Origin: Mobula hypostoma
Taxonomy: Eukaryota
NCBI RefSeq assembly: GCF_963921235.1
Contig: NC_086098.1
Location: 208,444,001 to 208,508,000, forward strand
Direction of reading: 5' to 3'
Length of the DNA stretch: 64,000 nt
Shown: positions 37,900 to 50,023 of the stretch, in pieces
Numbering within the stretch: the stretch's first letter is position 1
Layout: each line of letters opens with the position of its first letter
The notes under the pieces: model-generated
What the model was told of the DNA's origin: nothing
The model's database searches: none
Seen by the model: only the letters and a program-made list of their open reading frames with translations
Translations under genes and position numbers: made by a program

Positions 37900-38007
37900 G
37901 TTTGCCCTATTTGCTCTTCCATGCCGTGGGGTGACCCAAACTTCAAAAGTGCAGACTTGATACAACATTTGAAAATTCGTCATAGATTTTCATATGACAC
38001 TTTTGTG
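37900..38007 (+). CDS. RNF114: RNF114 exon 5 (second C2H2 finger)
   Basis: Acceptor tcttccaag|GTT; [36 protein letters not shown]; donor GTG|GTATGT. 108 nt. Confidence 0.95.
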
Positions 38008-38643
38008 GTATGTACTTTCTAGTTTCAGATAACTTAGTGTAAATAATAATAAAGGAAAGCCTTCTTACGGTGAGCCACGTTTATAAGCCACTAATCTTGG
38101 TGAAATGTCTTGGCTGTGAGGGTCCCTTTACATTCAGGTGATACTTGTGCCATCCAAGGGTACACCTGGGAAATTGGTCATTTGGAGAGGCTGTAAACTC
38201 CAATGGAAGATTTGAGGCTGGAACGAAGGCTGGGAAGTGTTTGCCCTTCCCTTTGTAATAGAGATCAGAGGATATAATTGTGATCCCTTTTTGAGGTTGC
38301 TAATGATATATTTCTCATAACTTGGATTCTTTCTTTTTGAGATCCTTATGCTAATCAAAAATGCTCCGATGTGTCTCTGTAGCAGGAGATCTGGAATTTC
38401 CCATAGGAAGTTCCATGTGGATCCCTTAAGTGTAGCAGGTGTGGAGTATTATCTTTCCGAAACCTCACACTTCAGTACAGTGTAATACTTTTTCACAGTG
38501 CTGCACTTTAGGATACCACCTTTCAAAAGAAATGTTAGATAGAGATTCTGCCTGGCTTCTCAATGAACTAAGATAGTTAAACACTGATATTTTGCTGGAA
38601 TTTGTCCATTAATCAACAGCCTAACTAATGATGTAGATATCTA

Positions 38644-38748
38644 AACAGAAAATAATCCGCAGATGCTGGGATCAAAGCAACACTCACAACACGCTGGAGG
38701 AACTCAGTGAACTGCCCGACCTGCTGAGTTCCTCCAGCGTGTTGTGAG
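38644..38748. mobile_element. 105-bp Penelope pLTR-derived hairpin insert
   Basis: 15-bp TSD TGATGTAGATATCTA (38629-38643 / 38749-38763). Perfect 27-bp inverted repeat 38681-38707 / 38724-38750. Confidence 0.88.
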
Positions 38749-38829
38749 TGATGTAGATATCTAGTTGTTTGCTATATTCCTTACATAATTATAAATGCAG
38801 TTGAGAGGTACTTAATTGGTTTTAAACTA

Positions 38830-38921
38830 TTTGGGTGTAGTCCTGTGTGAATGGCACAATTTAAGCACAAGTTTCTTTGGGTGTGGTACTGTGTGAATGG
38901 CACAATTTAAACACAAGCTTG
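38830..38921 (+). repeat. 46-bp tandem duplication
   Basis: TTTGGGTGTAGTCCTGTGTGAATGGCACAATTTAAGCACAAGTTTC followed by TTTGGGTGTGGTACTGTGTGAATGGCACAATTTAAACACAAGCTTG. Confidence 0.85.
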
Positions 38922-39083
38922 TTTATAAATTGTTTTTAAATTAGATTTGGTTTTCATCTTGCCTTTCATCCAAAGAATTTCTCGAACCAAAGCCCTCATC
39001 AATAGCTGTGCGATCTGTACCTCTCAATAGCTACCAAGTTGTTAAGCAAATGATTGTATATAATATACTCTTTTTTTTTACAG

Positions 39084-39161
39084 GATTATAATGTGGATGA
39101 AGATGAAATGCTCCAGGAAGCCATTGAACTATCACTTCAAGATAGAAGTATGAGATATTAG
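39084..39161 (+). CDS. RNF114: RNF114 exon 6 (ubiquitin-interacting motif, stop)
   Basis: Acceptor tttttttttacag|GAT; DYNVDEDEMLQEAIELSLQDRSMRY*. Total CDS 684 nt = 227 aa. Confidence 0.93.
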   Translation, partial: DYNVDEDEMLQEAIELSLQDRSMRY

Positions 39162-39482
39162 GGAACTAATTTTTCTCATGAATTAACAGTTGAAGTTCAT
39201 CGAATGAGTACTGCTCTATAGGTTTTATATGTTATTAAATCTTTCCTGTGCACTTTTGATGATTCTTCAGTTACACGTAAAAATATGTTGGGGTGGGAAT
39301 TATATTAGCAGATCTAACATACTAAGGTACCCATTATATCAAATAAATATTTATCTGAAGGTTATTACAGCACTTTAATCTTTGATGTTTGGTAATGGAT
39401 ATAATTACTTTTGATTAAATCCCCATTATAATGCCTTGTAATTTGTATTAATGCCCAGCTTGAAATAGCTTTTGAAAAGATC

Positions 39483-39488
39483 AATAAA
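39483..39488 (+). promoter_or_regulatory. Candidate RNF114 polyadenylation signal
   Basis: AATAAA ~320 nt after the stop codon, followed by GT/T-rich sequence. Confidence 0.5.
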
Positions 39489-40199
39489 ATATTGGTTGGA
39501 TTTCAGGTATGGACTGAATTGGCTAATGCTTCTTTATTACTACTAATAAGTTAATGTTTTTTTCTATTTATATGTGTAAAATTCACTCTTCCATGACTTA
39601 ATTGGTACTTTTATAAAACATCTTCACTGGGACAATGTCAGCATCTGAGTAGAAAGAAATTTGTCATTCTATCCTCAGGAATGCAACACTACCATAGGAA
39701 TAAACAATGACAACTTCCAGTCCCACAGCCAAACCATGCCAGAACTTATGCACTGTTCAAACTTTCTCCTATTTATGCACATCTGAGTCTAATCTTTTAT
39801 TCTCCATTTCCTCAAGTGATAAGCTGATTTTTCACATAAATTTATTTACATTGATTTTCTCAAATACTCTCTTTCAGTGGTCTCCTCAAGTAAACGTGAT
39901 TTACTTCCATTTGGTTTTGTGGTGGCAGATGAGACCCACAGATGTTATTACCAGGGCCTCAATATCCCTTAATAACTAAGGTTCCTTAAACCTGTTAGCT
40001 TTGCCTTTCATTCAAACAAGAATATACAGATAATGTACTCTCAGTGTTTCTCTTTTGAAAGCTTCCCATTTAAGCAAGCATCTCTTTGCTGGTAAACAAC
40101 CTATCCCAATCCATGCCTGCCAGATCTGATGCTATCAAGATTGGTCTTATTCCAACTTAAGATCTCAACCAGAGGACCAATTCTCCATAATTATCTTGA

Positions 40200-42975
40200 A
40201 ACCTCCGAGTTCAGGGGTTCAGCACGGGTCTAACAACCCTGACTGGATCTTAGAAAATAGTTCTTCCACCAATGCCGACTGAGGAGGATTTCCTCAGAAA
40301 CGTCATTCCTTCCAGAACCCAAGTTTTAAACTGAATGTAATTGCCCTAAACAGCACAGCAGAGGGAGCTGGATGTAAGTGATTTTGAGCTCAGACTGTGA
40401 CTCCAGCTATGCATCACTAAATTGATGAGTAGCCTTTGGTTATCTCCACTTCATGGAGATACTGTTGTGTTCAGCACCACTGTCTGCATCTCTTCCCCCC
40501 CCCCCCCCGCCACCCGGGTGCAAATGTCAAAGACGCACTGGAAGAGCTACTGGGGCCTCTACAAAACCAGCTTTGGGATGGTCTCTTCATATTTGCAGGA
40601 GACTTAAATCAAGTTAACCTTTTTAAAATTTATTTAGGGATACAGCACAGAGTAGGCCCCTCAAGCTACACCACCCCAGCAACCCCACAACCCCGATTAA
40701 CCCTAACCTAATCACAGCACTATTTACAATGAATCACTAACATGCCTGATCTGCCTTTGGACTGTGGGAGGAAACTGGAGCACCCAGGGAAAACCCACAC
40801 ATAACTTGGAGAGGACGTACAGAGACTCCTTATAGAACGGTGTCATAGTTGAACTCGGAACTCTGGAATACTGTCACACTAATCACTAGCTGTGCTACTG
40901 TGGCACCAAGCCGGACATTTTACCCAGACTCCACCAATACCTCGTGATTGCCACAAGGGGAATAAACAGACCGGACCATGATTACACAAACAGACGTGGT
41001 ACTCATCGAAGTCACCCCACACCCTCATCCCTGGCCAGATGTTGGTAATGTTAATCCCAGCATACCAACTGCTGCTGAAAACGGGTAAACCAGTCAAGAG
41101 CACCATCACTATTTGGCTTAATGAAGCAATCTCTATGCTTCAGGACTGTTGAACAGACCAACTGGCAGATGTTCAAGGAGGTACTACAAACAGATTAGGC
41201 ACAGAGCTCAAGGAATAAGCTTCATCTGTCATCAGCTGCATCAGTAAGCGTGTAGACAACGTTGGTACTTCAAGAACATTCATCTCACGGCCCAACTTAA
41301 CTTAGGCATCAAGAGGGCAAAGAAAGCCTCTGCACAAAACAAAATATGAATGCTCTCCAGCGTATGTGGCCGGGCATCAAGGGAATTACAGACTACACAA
41401 GGCGAAGCAGCATCGACTGTACCAGTGATGCCTCCCTCCCTGACGCCCTAAACAACTTTTATGTGTGCTTCAAGGCACACAACACAATGCTGGCCGCAAA
41501 AACTATAACCCCTTCCTAGAGGAGCAGCCACTACCTTAAAAGCAGCAGACGTGAGAAGGACTCTGCAAAGAGCCAACACCCTTAAGGTGGCTGGGAGAGA
41601 CAACATCCCAGGCCGAGTACTCAGGGAACGTGCACACAAGCAACCTGACTGTTTCATGGGCATCTTCAACACTTCATTCATCTAGGCAGCTGTCCCCACA
41701 TGCTTCAAATCAGCCACCATCATCCCCATAGCAAAGAACTCCACACTTCTGAACTATCGCCCAGTGGCACTTATGGCAATCATGATAAAGTGCTTGAAAT
41801 AGCTGCTAATGGCACGCATCAAAATCTCCATTCATTCCACACTGGACATTCATCAATATGTTTACTGTTAGAATCACTCTACAGCAGATGCAGCTGGTCT
41901 GACACGCCTAGAAAAAAAGGACATATGTCAGAACGCTGTTTCTGGACACCTACTCCTACTCTTCGGTCTAAAAACATCTCCGTGCATCTGGGTGTTGGAC
42001 TTCCTTACCAACAGACCTCAGATAGTCGGGATGCACAACTGCTCCTCTCTCCCCATCATCCTCAACACGGGTGCCCCCAGGGCTGTGTGCCGAGCCCACT
42101 GCTGTACATGGCCTACAGAGAGGAGGTGGAAGAGCTTGAGGCCTAGTGCCAGGCAAAAGAACCTCTTCCTCAATGTCAACAAAGGAAATGTTTATCAACT
42201 TGAGGAGAACTCACACCACTCACCCCCTTGTTCATTGGCGGCTCAGCAATGAAAACTCCTGTGAGTGCACATCACACACGACCTCTCAGTCCCAGAACAC
42301 ACTATACACAATCAGGAAAGCTCACCATGCCTCAGCTTTCTGAGAAGGCTGAAGAGAACTGGACTTTGCACATCTATATTCATGTATACTCATTCTACAG
42401 GTGCACAGTGGAGAGCATCCTAACAAGCTGCATCACTGCCTGGTACGGAAACTGCACTGCGGCAGACAGGGAGGCTCTACAACGGGTAGTCAAGACTGCA
42501 CAACACATCACCAGCACCAGCTTACCCGCCATCGAGGACAAATATACAGAAAGGTGCCAGAAAAGGGCCAGTTACAGCACAAAGGATCCTATCCACTCTG
42601 CTCATGTACTGTTTGTTTGACTCCTATCAGTGAGGAGACTATGTAGCATCCTTGCCAGGACCACCAGGCTCAAAAATAGTTACTCTCCCCAAGCAGTAAG
42701 ACTGATCAACACCTAATCCTACTAGTTCAACTACTGACTTATTATTTCCCATTTGTCACCTTATGTACTTCCTGGTGTCACTTTATGGACATACAATCAA
42801 TCTATGTATATAAGCTGTTTTTATTTATATTTATTATGTATTTTTATTATAATTAATGTGTGCTTTTGTGGTTTTTTTTGTGTAGATCAGATCTGTAGTA
42901 ACAATTATTTCAGTCTCCTTACACTTGTGTGCAAGAAATGACATTAAACAATCATAGATCTTAAATCTTGAATGT
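40200..42975 (+). mobile_element. Decayed Rex1/Babar LINE, with a V-SINE nested on the minus strand at ~40625-40885
   Basis: FIFAGDLNQ, KVAGRDNIPGRVLRE, NTGAPQGCV, YRCTVESILTSCITAWYGNCTAADREALQRVVKTAQHIT, TTRLKNSYSPQAVRL. Left boundary approximate. Confidence 0.8.
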
Positions 42976-42997
42976 TCTCCCTTCCTGGAAGGGTAAT

Positions 42998-43262
42998 CAC
43001 AAAGACAAGAAAGTCTGCAGATGCTGGAAATCCAAAGCAAATCACACAAAATGCTGGAGGAACTGAGTAGGTCCGGCAGTATCTATAGAAAAGATTAAAC
43101 AGTTGACGTTTCGGGTCAAGACCCTTCTTCAGGACTGAGAAGGAAGGGGGTTGATACCAAAATAAAAAGGTGGGAGAGTGGAAACAGGTGCTAGCTGAGA
43201 GGTGATGAGTGAAGCCAGCTGGGTGGAAAAGGTCAAGGACTGGAGAAGGAAGAATCTGATAG
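42998..43262 (-). mobile_element. Penelope pLTR fragment with hammerhead core
   Basis: TCTGCAGATGCTGGAAATCC...TGCTGGAGGAACT family head. Minus-strand CTGAAGA-AGGGTCTTGACCC-GAAA-CGTC at 43102-43135. Confidence 0.8.
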
Positions 43263-44764
43263 GTTTTGACTGTTCCTCCACAGTTCCCTGTGGCAAAGAT
43301 GTCCAAATAAATCTCTGAATGCAGGAATTCTTCCTCATCTTAATTGGATAGCCCATATGCTAAGACCATTCACCTATAGTTCTGGACTCTCCTATTGGAG
43401 GAAAGATCCTCAAAGCTTTTACTTTGTCTGCTTTTATATGTAACATGTTCATTAAAGTTCACCTCTCAGTATTCAAAATTTCAGTGAGTAGGTTGTGAGC
43501 CTGTTTAACCTTTCCTGAAAAAACAGCCCGTCTAAACTCCAATGAAATATTCTTAATATGATCTCATCAACCAGTTTTGGTCTCCCATAACTTTATGTGT
43601 ACCCCACACAAATACTTAACAATACAATGGATTTTATATTTATATTTTGACTTCAACTGTAAATATAATGAAGTTTTGACTTTATAAATAAATCTGAAAT
43701 ATTTCAACTTCAATTATAAGATATTGGAGCAGAATTAGGCCATTTAGCCCATCATGTCTGCTCCACCATTTCATCATGGCTAATCCGTTTCCCTCTCGGC
43801 CCCAAACTTCTGCCTTCTTCCCGTATCCCTTCATGTCTGGAATAATTAAGAACTTATTCTCCTCTGCCTTAAATATAACCAACTGGCCTCCACAGCCATC
43901 TATGGCAACAAATTCCACAGATTCACCCCCCCCCCCGATAAAGAAATTCCTCCTCGTCTCTATTTTAAATGGACATCCTTTATTCTGAGGTTCTGTACTC
44001 TGGTCTTAGACTCCCCAAACATAGGAAATATCCTCTCCACATCTACCCTTTCAAGTCCTTACAACAATTGATAAATTTCAGTGAGATGACCCTCATTCTT
44101 GTGAATTCCAGTGAGTACAGGCCCAGAGCCATCAAATGCTCCTCATATGATAAGCCTTTCAATCCCAGAATCATGGCAGAATCTATTAATTCTTGAAAGA
44201 TAATTTATAATGCTTCCACAATCGCTTCAGCCACCTCTTTCAAAACCCTGGGGTGTGGACCATCCTGTCCAGGTGATTTATCTACCTTCAGACTTCTCAG
44301 TTTCCCAAGTACCTTCTCCCTAGTAATGGCAACTTCATTCACTTCTGCTGCTGACACTCTTGAACTTCCAATATACTGCTAGTGGCTTCCACAGTAAGGC
44401 TGATGCAAAATACTTATTCAGTTCGCCTGCTATTTCCTTCTTCCCCCATTACTACCTCTCCAGCATCATTTTTCAGTGGACCAGTATCTACTGTTACCTC
44501 TCTTTTACACTTTATATATCTGAAAAAAACTTTTAGTATCTTTAATATTATTGGCTCGCTTACCTTCATATTCCATCTTTTCCTTCTTTATGTCTTTTTA
44601 GTTGCCTTTCGGTTTTTTTTAAAGCTTCCCAATCCTCTAACTTCCGACTAATTTTTGCTCTATTATATGCCCTCTCTTTGGCTTTTATGATGGCTTTGAC
44701 TTCTCTTGTCAGCCATCGTGGCATCCACCTGCCTTTAGAATGCTTCTTCTTCTTTGGGATATAA

Positions 44765-45362
44765 ATATACTTGGTGCCAAAATTAAAGGAACTTTGAAGG
44801 AAATGTTTGCAATCTTCCAGCATGGATTTGAGCATCATTGAAGGTGTGGACCAAGTTGCATGCTTGTTATTTATTTAATAAACTGTGTGAAAAGTGACTA
44901 AGACGATCAAGTTTGGAACAAGAAAACTAAAGAAAGGTTAAACAAGTTGGGTCTTTATTCTTTGGAGCATAGAAGGTTGAGGGGGGACTTGATAGAGGTA
45001 TTTAAAATTATGAGGGGGATAGATATAGTTGATGTGGATAGGCTTTTTCCGTTGAGAGTGGGGGAGATTCAAACAAGAGGACATGAGTTGAGAGTTAAAG
45101 GGCAAAAGTTTAGGGGTAACACGAGGGGGAACTTCTTTACTCAGAGAGTGGTAGCTGTGTGGAACGAGCTTCCAGCAGAAGTGGTTGAGGCAGGTTCAAT
45201 GTTGTCATTTAAAGTTAAATTGGATAGCTATATGGACAGGAAAGGAATGGAGGGTTATGGGCTGAGTGCAGGTCAGTGGGACCAGGTGAGAGTAAGTATT
45301 CAGCACAGACTAGAAGGGCCAAGATGGCGTTTCTGTGCTGTAATTGTTATCTGGTTATATAT
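44765..45362 (+). mobile_element. Nested chimeric insert: ~160 bp unidentified sequence fused to a young CR1 3' end
   Basis: Host CR1 breaks at GGATATA (44757-44763) and resumes at GGATATA (45363-45369). ORF 44947-45465 GLYSLEHRRLRGDLIEVFK... Confidence 0.7.
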
Positions 45363-46449
45363 GGATATATCTGTCCTGTGCCTTCTGGATTGTTCCCATA
45401 AACTCCAACCATTGCTGATCTGCCATCATTCCTGCGAATGTTCCCTTCAAATCAACTTTGGCTAGATCCTCTCTCATGCCTCTATAATTTCCTTTACTCC
45501 ACTGTAATACGGATACAGCTGACTTTAACCTCTCCTTTTCAACTGCAAGTTTCTTAGTTCCACCCACAATGATTCTACACCTTCCAATCCAATGTCACCT
45601 CTTTCAATTGATTTAGTTTCAATGTTTACCAACTGTCCCACCTCATCTCCTCTGCATACCTGCTGGGCCTTTCAATACAATGTGTATCTCTGGAAGTTAA
45701 CCTCCCAGCTGTAATATTCTTTCAGCCACATTTCAGTGATGCCCACAATGTCATACATGCCAGTTTGTAGCTGGGTTACAAATTCATCTGCACTATTCTG
45801 TATACTGTGTACATTCAAATATAACATATTCACTCCTGTTATCATCACCATTTTCCATTTTATCTCCATTTTATATTTCAACTCATCCTGTTGACTGCAA
45901 TTTTGCCCTATCATCAGCCCTATCACTTCGGTTCCCAGCTTCCAGCCAAATTAGTTTAAAATCTCTTGAGCAGCTCCAGCAAACCTGCCTGCAAGGATAT
46001 TGGTCCTCCTCGGGTTCAGGAGTAATCCATCCCTTTTGTACAGGTTGTACCTTCCCTAGAAGCAATCGCAATGATCCATAAATCTGAACCCATTGCCCCT
46101 GTTCTTCAGCCATGCATTCACCTGCCAAATCATGCTATTCTTACCCTCACTGGCATGTGGCACAGGCAGCAATCTAGAGATTAGTACTGTGGAGGTTCTG
46201 CTTTTCTACTTTCTATCTAGCTCCCTAAAATCTCTCTTCAGGACCTCCTCATCTCATCTACCAATGTCATTGGTGCCAATATGTACCAAGACCTCTGGCT
46301 CTGGAGCCTCACCCTTGAGAATGCCACGGACCCAATTCGAGACATCCCTGACCCTGGCACCTGAGAAGCAACTGTGTGTCTCTATTGCACTCACAGAATC
46401 TTGTTCTTTCCCTCTAACTATGGAATCTCCTATCAACATTGCGGTCCTC

Positions 46450-46879
46450 CATCCTCGGAGCAACAAACTCCCTATCTTCAGCCAATATGTATGAAAAAAT
46501 GGCTGTATTATTTGGAATGGTGATTGCTAAGAAGTTAATCCTGCAAATGTGGAAAATGGACTCTGTGCCTACGTACGATCTGTGCCTGAGAGAACTGGCA
46601 AATACTTTACATTTGGAGAGACAAAGACTATGTAATGAGGACAGAAGGGACATCTTTGAAAGGATATGGGGCCCTGTATTGGACTTTCTTACGGGGTGAA
46701 GACTGAGGTTTTTTGGTGTGGTGCACCTCTGCTGTGTATGTTTACTTTTGCCTTTATATTTTTTTCCCTTTTGCTGCTCAATATTTAATTTGATTTTGTT
46801 ATGGTTGTGTTTTTTGTGGATGTGCTGTATTTTTTTGTTTGTTTGTTTGTAATAAATAAATAAAAATTAAATTTAAAAA
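46450..46879 (+). mobile_element. L1-type LINE 3' end nested in CR1 ORF1
   Basis: IAKKLILQMWK...LHLERQR...IFERIWGPVLDFL (fish L1 ORF2 C-terminus style), T-rich UTR, A-rich tail. 15-bp TSD AACATTGC(G/A)GTCCTC (46435-46449 / 46880-46894). Confidence 0.8.
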
Positions 46880-49584
46880 AACATTGCAGTCCTCTTCAAC
46901 TCTCTGCTCTTCTGAACCACAACAGCAGACTCAGCTCCAGAGACCCGGCCACTGTGACTCCACCTTGGTAGATTGTACCCCTCAATAGTACCTAAAGGGG
47001 AAAAGCCACAGGTGTGCTCTGCACTGGCTGTGCATTTTCTCTTCTTTTCCTGACTGCCACCCACCTACCAGTCTCCTGCAACCTAGGGGTGACTACCTCC
47101 CTGTAGTTCCTATCTATCACTTCCTGAGTCTCCTATATGAGTCTAAGTTCCTCGTGTGGCAGCTCCAGTTTCTTAACACATTCTCTGAGGAGCTGCAGTT
47201 CAGTGCACCTGCTGCAAATATGTTTATACAGGAGGCAGGAGATCTCCCAGAATTCCCACATCTCACACACCGAACAAAACACAGCCCCTGGAGCTATTCT
47301 CATTGCACTAACTGTGTCCTAACAGATGAGGAATGAGGAATAAAGAAGAAGAAACTTACAAGATACTTACCTCGCCCAAGCCTGAGCTTGCCAAAGCCAC
47401 TCCAACACTGGCCCACTCACACAATGGCCGCTCTGCTTGCCCCTGCCGTATCTTGTCCTTTCTAATGAACCTGTTCACTGATCAGGCTCAGTCCAACTCC
47501 AAAAACTGCCCTGAAGTACCGCCTTTTCAAGCTTCAATCACAGAAATGTGTGCAATTGCCTCATCCTCTTGTGCTCCTCATTATTTGGCATAGAATATTT
47601 AAAAATAATTAATTTTTTCTTCCTCATTTGCTGTATGTGAGAAATATTTAATATGTTAAGAACAGAAAAGACTGAGTCAGTTGAGTAAGTAGCACTTATG
47701 TAGAGACACTGGTCAGAAGAATTTCACCATATCTAGTATAAATTATGAACATGTTTTGAATTGCAGAGAAGGGGCAGGGTTGGGGAAAACAAAAGGAACG
47801 ACTGTAGAATGAGATCAAGCAAGACCAATTGACAGAGTACTAAATTCCAGATAACTGGTGATGATTTGTTTAGAGGAGGTGTAAATGGATGGAGGTGAAT
47901 GAGATTAGAGAATGTGGTGGTGGGGGTGGTTAAAACACATAGCATTTACGAGAACACTGAAACAAAAGCAAATGTTGGGAATATTTGATGAGTCAGGTAG
48001 CAATTGTGGAGTGAGGAAAAACAGAATTCATACAACATGTTGAGGCCTTTCGTCTAAATTGGCATGGTTGGTTACCTAAAATTGTTGCTGTTACTGTTGA
48101 GTTCTGAGGACTACAGATTAGATGGATGAAAAAAGACTGCTCCTCATTCTTTAGCCAGAGGCAGAGATCAGAGTAGGAATGGGGTAGAAAATCAAAGTGA
48201 TGGGAAACTGGAAACACAGGATCAGTAATATGATTTATTATGATTATTAATGTTATTAATAATGTTATTTACACCAACTGCAGTTGGTATTAGAGAACAT
48301 GGTCTCATGATTTTTCATGACATGTTCTCGACCTTTAAGGATACCTTTTATGGGCTCAATGGGAAGTCCTGTTGCTTTGAGTCTGATTGCAAATTTTAAA
48401 CCATGTTCAAGAACTGTATTAAATACCAGTAATGCATTTATCCAGATGCTGTCTTGAAAGTTTTGCCTTGCTTCATCATGATATAGAAACTAATCATGAT
48501 ATTTTCATCATTTTTATATGGGAGAATGTTTAATTGGACTATTGGGTTCATTAACAGCAAGATTACATTAATAGCTATTCAAACTGAAATTATGAATGGA
48601 GAGATGTTATACTAAATTTAACCAGCAGATGTCAGCCTTGGCAGTCTTTGAAATACAACCCTACAACCTGTAAAATGCATGCTTCACCATAAATTCTTAG
48701 AATTTTATTAAATAATCAATGTTGACATCCTAAAATTATTTTGTTAGTACAAGAAAATCTTCATCAATTAGTTCATTCTGTGAATGTCCCTAATATTGCA
48801 TTTCAAAAATATCTACCATAATCTGGATCCATAGTTATGGAAATAACTACCTACTTGCAAAACAATAGATTGGTTTATTTCAGTATTTCAGAATAACATT
48901 TCATTGGTTCAGTGCCTGGTATTCTGGAAAACATTTCATAACTTTAGAGGAATTCACATAGTATAATCTCAGATGAAAGTGAAGCCGGTTCTTCTTTCTA
49001 ACAACATACCAGTAACTCAGAATCCTGATTCACCGTAACAATGAAAAAGATGCTGAGCTCAGCACAGCACAGCAAGGCCCTACCTCAGGTACCAGTATTT
49101 GGTACTCCAATTGAATGGCCATTCTTTGCATGAGGGACTGAACACTGACTAAGGCTGGTTCTGTTCTTCCATTCAACTTCTCATAGAGCTCTAACATTGA
49201 TTGTGTATGAGAAATCTGGTTGCCATTTTCCCATATCACCACCCCAGTATTCCCCACCCCTTCCACACAGCCCAAATATTAATCTATAGAGCACAATTGG
49301 GTTTGAAACAAACAGTGAAGATACATGATAAAGAAAGCTGTGCAGAGGGAAACATTTAATGACAAAAAATTAATAGATTTAGTGAAGTGTCAAATTCATT
49401 GCAAGTGTATTTCAATACAAACAAATAAACTCATCCCCATTGAATCGAGAACAGTTAGAAGAAATGTACTAATGTACTTATAAATTGGTGAAACTAGGAA
49501 GGGCTGACCAAGAGAGTCACGAAAAGTGCTTAGTTCATTAAAATATCATGGAAAAGTACAAAAACATGTTGGATTTATACTCAA

Positions 49585-49865
49585 TTATTGAGATACAGTC
49601 CAGAATGGGCCCTTCTGGCCCTTCGAGCTGTACTGAGCAGCAATCCCAGATTTAGCCCTAGTTTAATCACAGGGCAACTTAAATCAATTACTGGTAAACT
49701 ACCAAAAAGTACATCTTTGGACTCTGGGAGGAAACTAGAGCAACCGGAGGAAACCCATGCGGTCACACAGAGGACGTACAGAGGCGGCAGGAACTGAACC
49801 GTCACTGATACTGTAAAACTTTGTACCATTGTACTAACCACCTAACCACTACACCAGCATACTGC
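49585..49865 (-). mobile_element. V-SINE copy
   Basis: Reverse complement of the V-domain: CTTTGGACTCTGGGAGGAAACTAGAGCAACCGGAGGAAACCCA. Another decayed copy at ~58185-58330 (+). Confidence 0.7.
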
Positions 49866-49895
49866 CCAGGTGTGTATATGTATATAGAGAGAGGG

Positions 49896-50023
49896 NNNNN
49901 NNNNNNNNNNNNNNNNNNNNNNNNNNNNNNNNNNNNNNNNNNNNNNNNNNNNNNNNNNNNNNNNNNNNNNNNNNNNNNNNNNNNNNNNNNNNNNNNNNNN
50001 NNNNNNNNNNNNNNNNNNNNNNN
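49896..50023. other. Assembly gap (128 N)
   Basis: Run of n preceded by a short (TA)/(GA) microsatellite start. Confidence 0.99.

Larger units (their letters stand above)
43712..47560 (-). mobile_element. Long, internally deleted CR1 LINE with two nested insertions
   Basis: ORF1 (IGDSIVRG, CFSGARVRDV, HIGTNDIG), endonuclease (YDIVGITEMWL), PRWLTREVKAIIKAKE, 3' tail near 43720. Confidence 0.85.

Noticed and set aside
6650-43262. Repeated GCAGATGCTGG.../GACCCTTC units as a CRISPR-like or satellite array
   Set aside because: Dispersed, in both orientations and with individual TSDs in a vertebrate genome. They are retroelement pieces.
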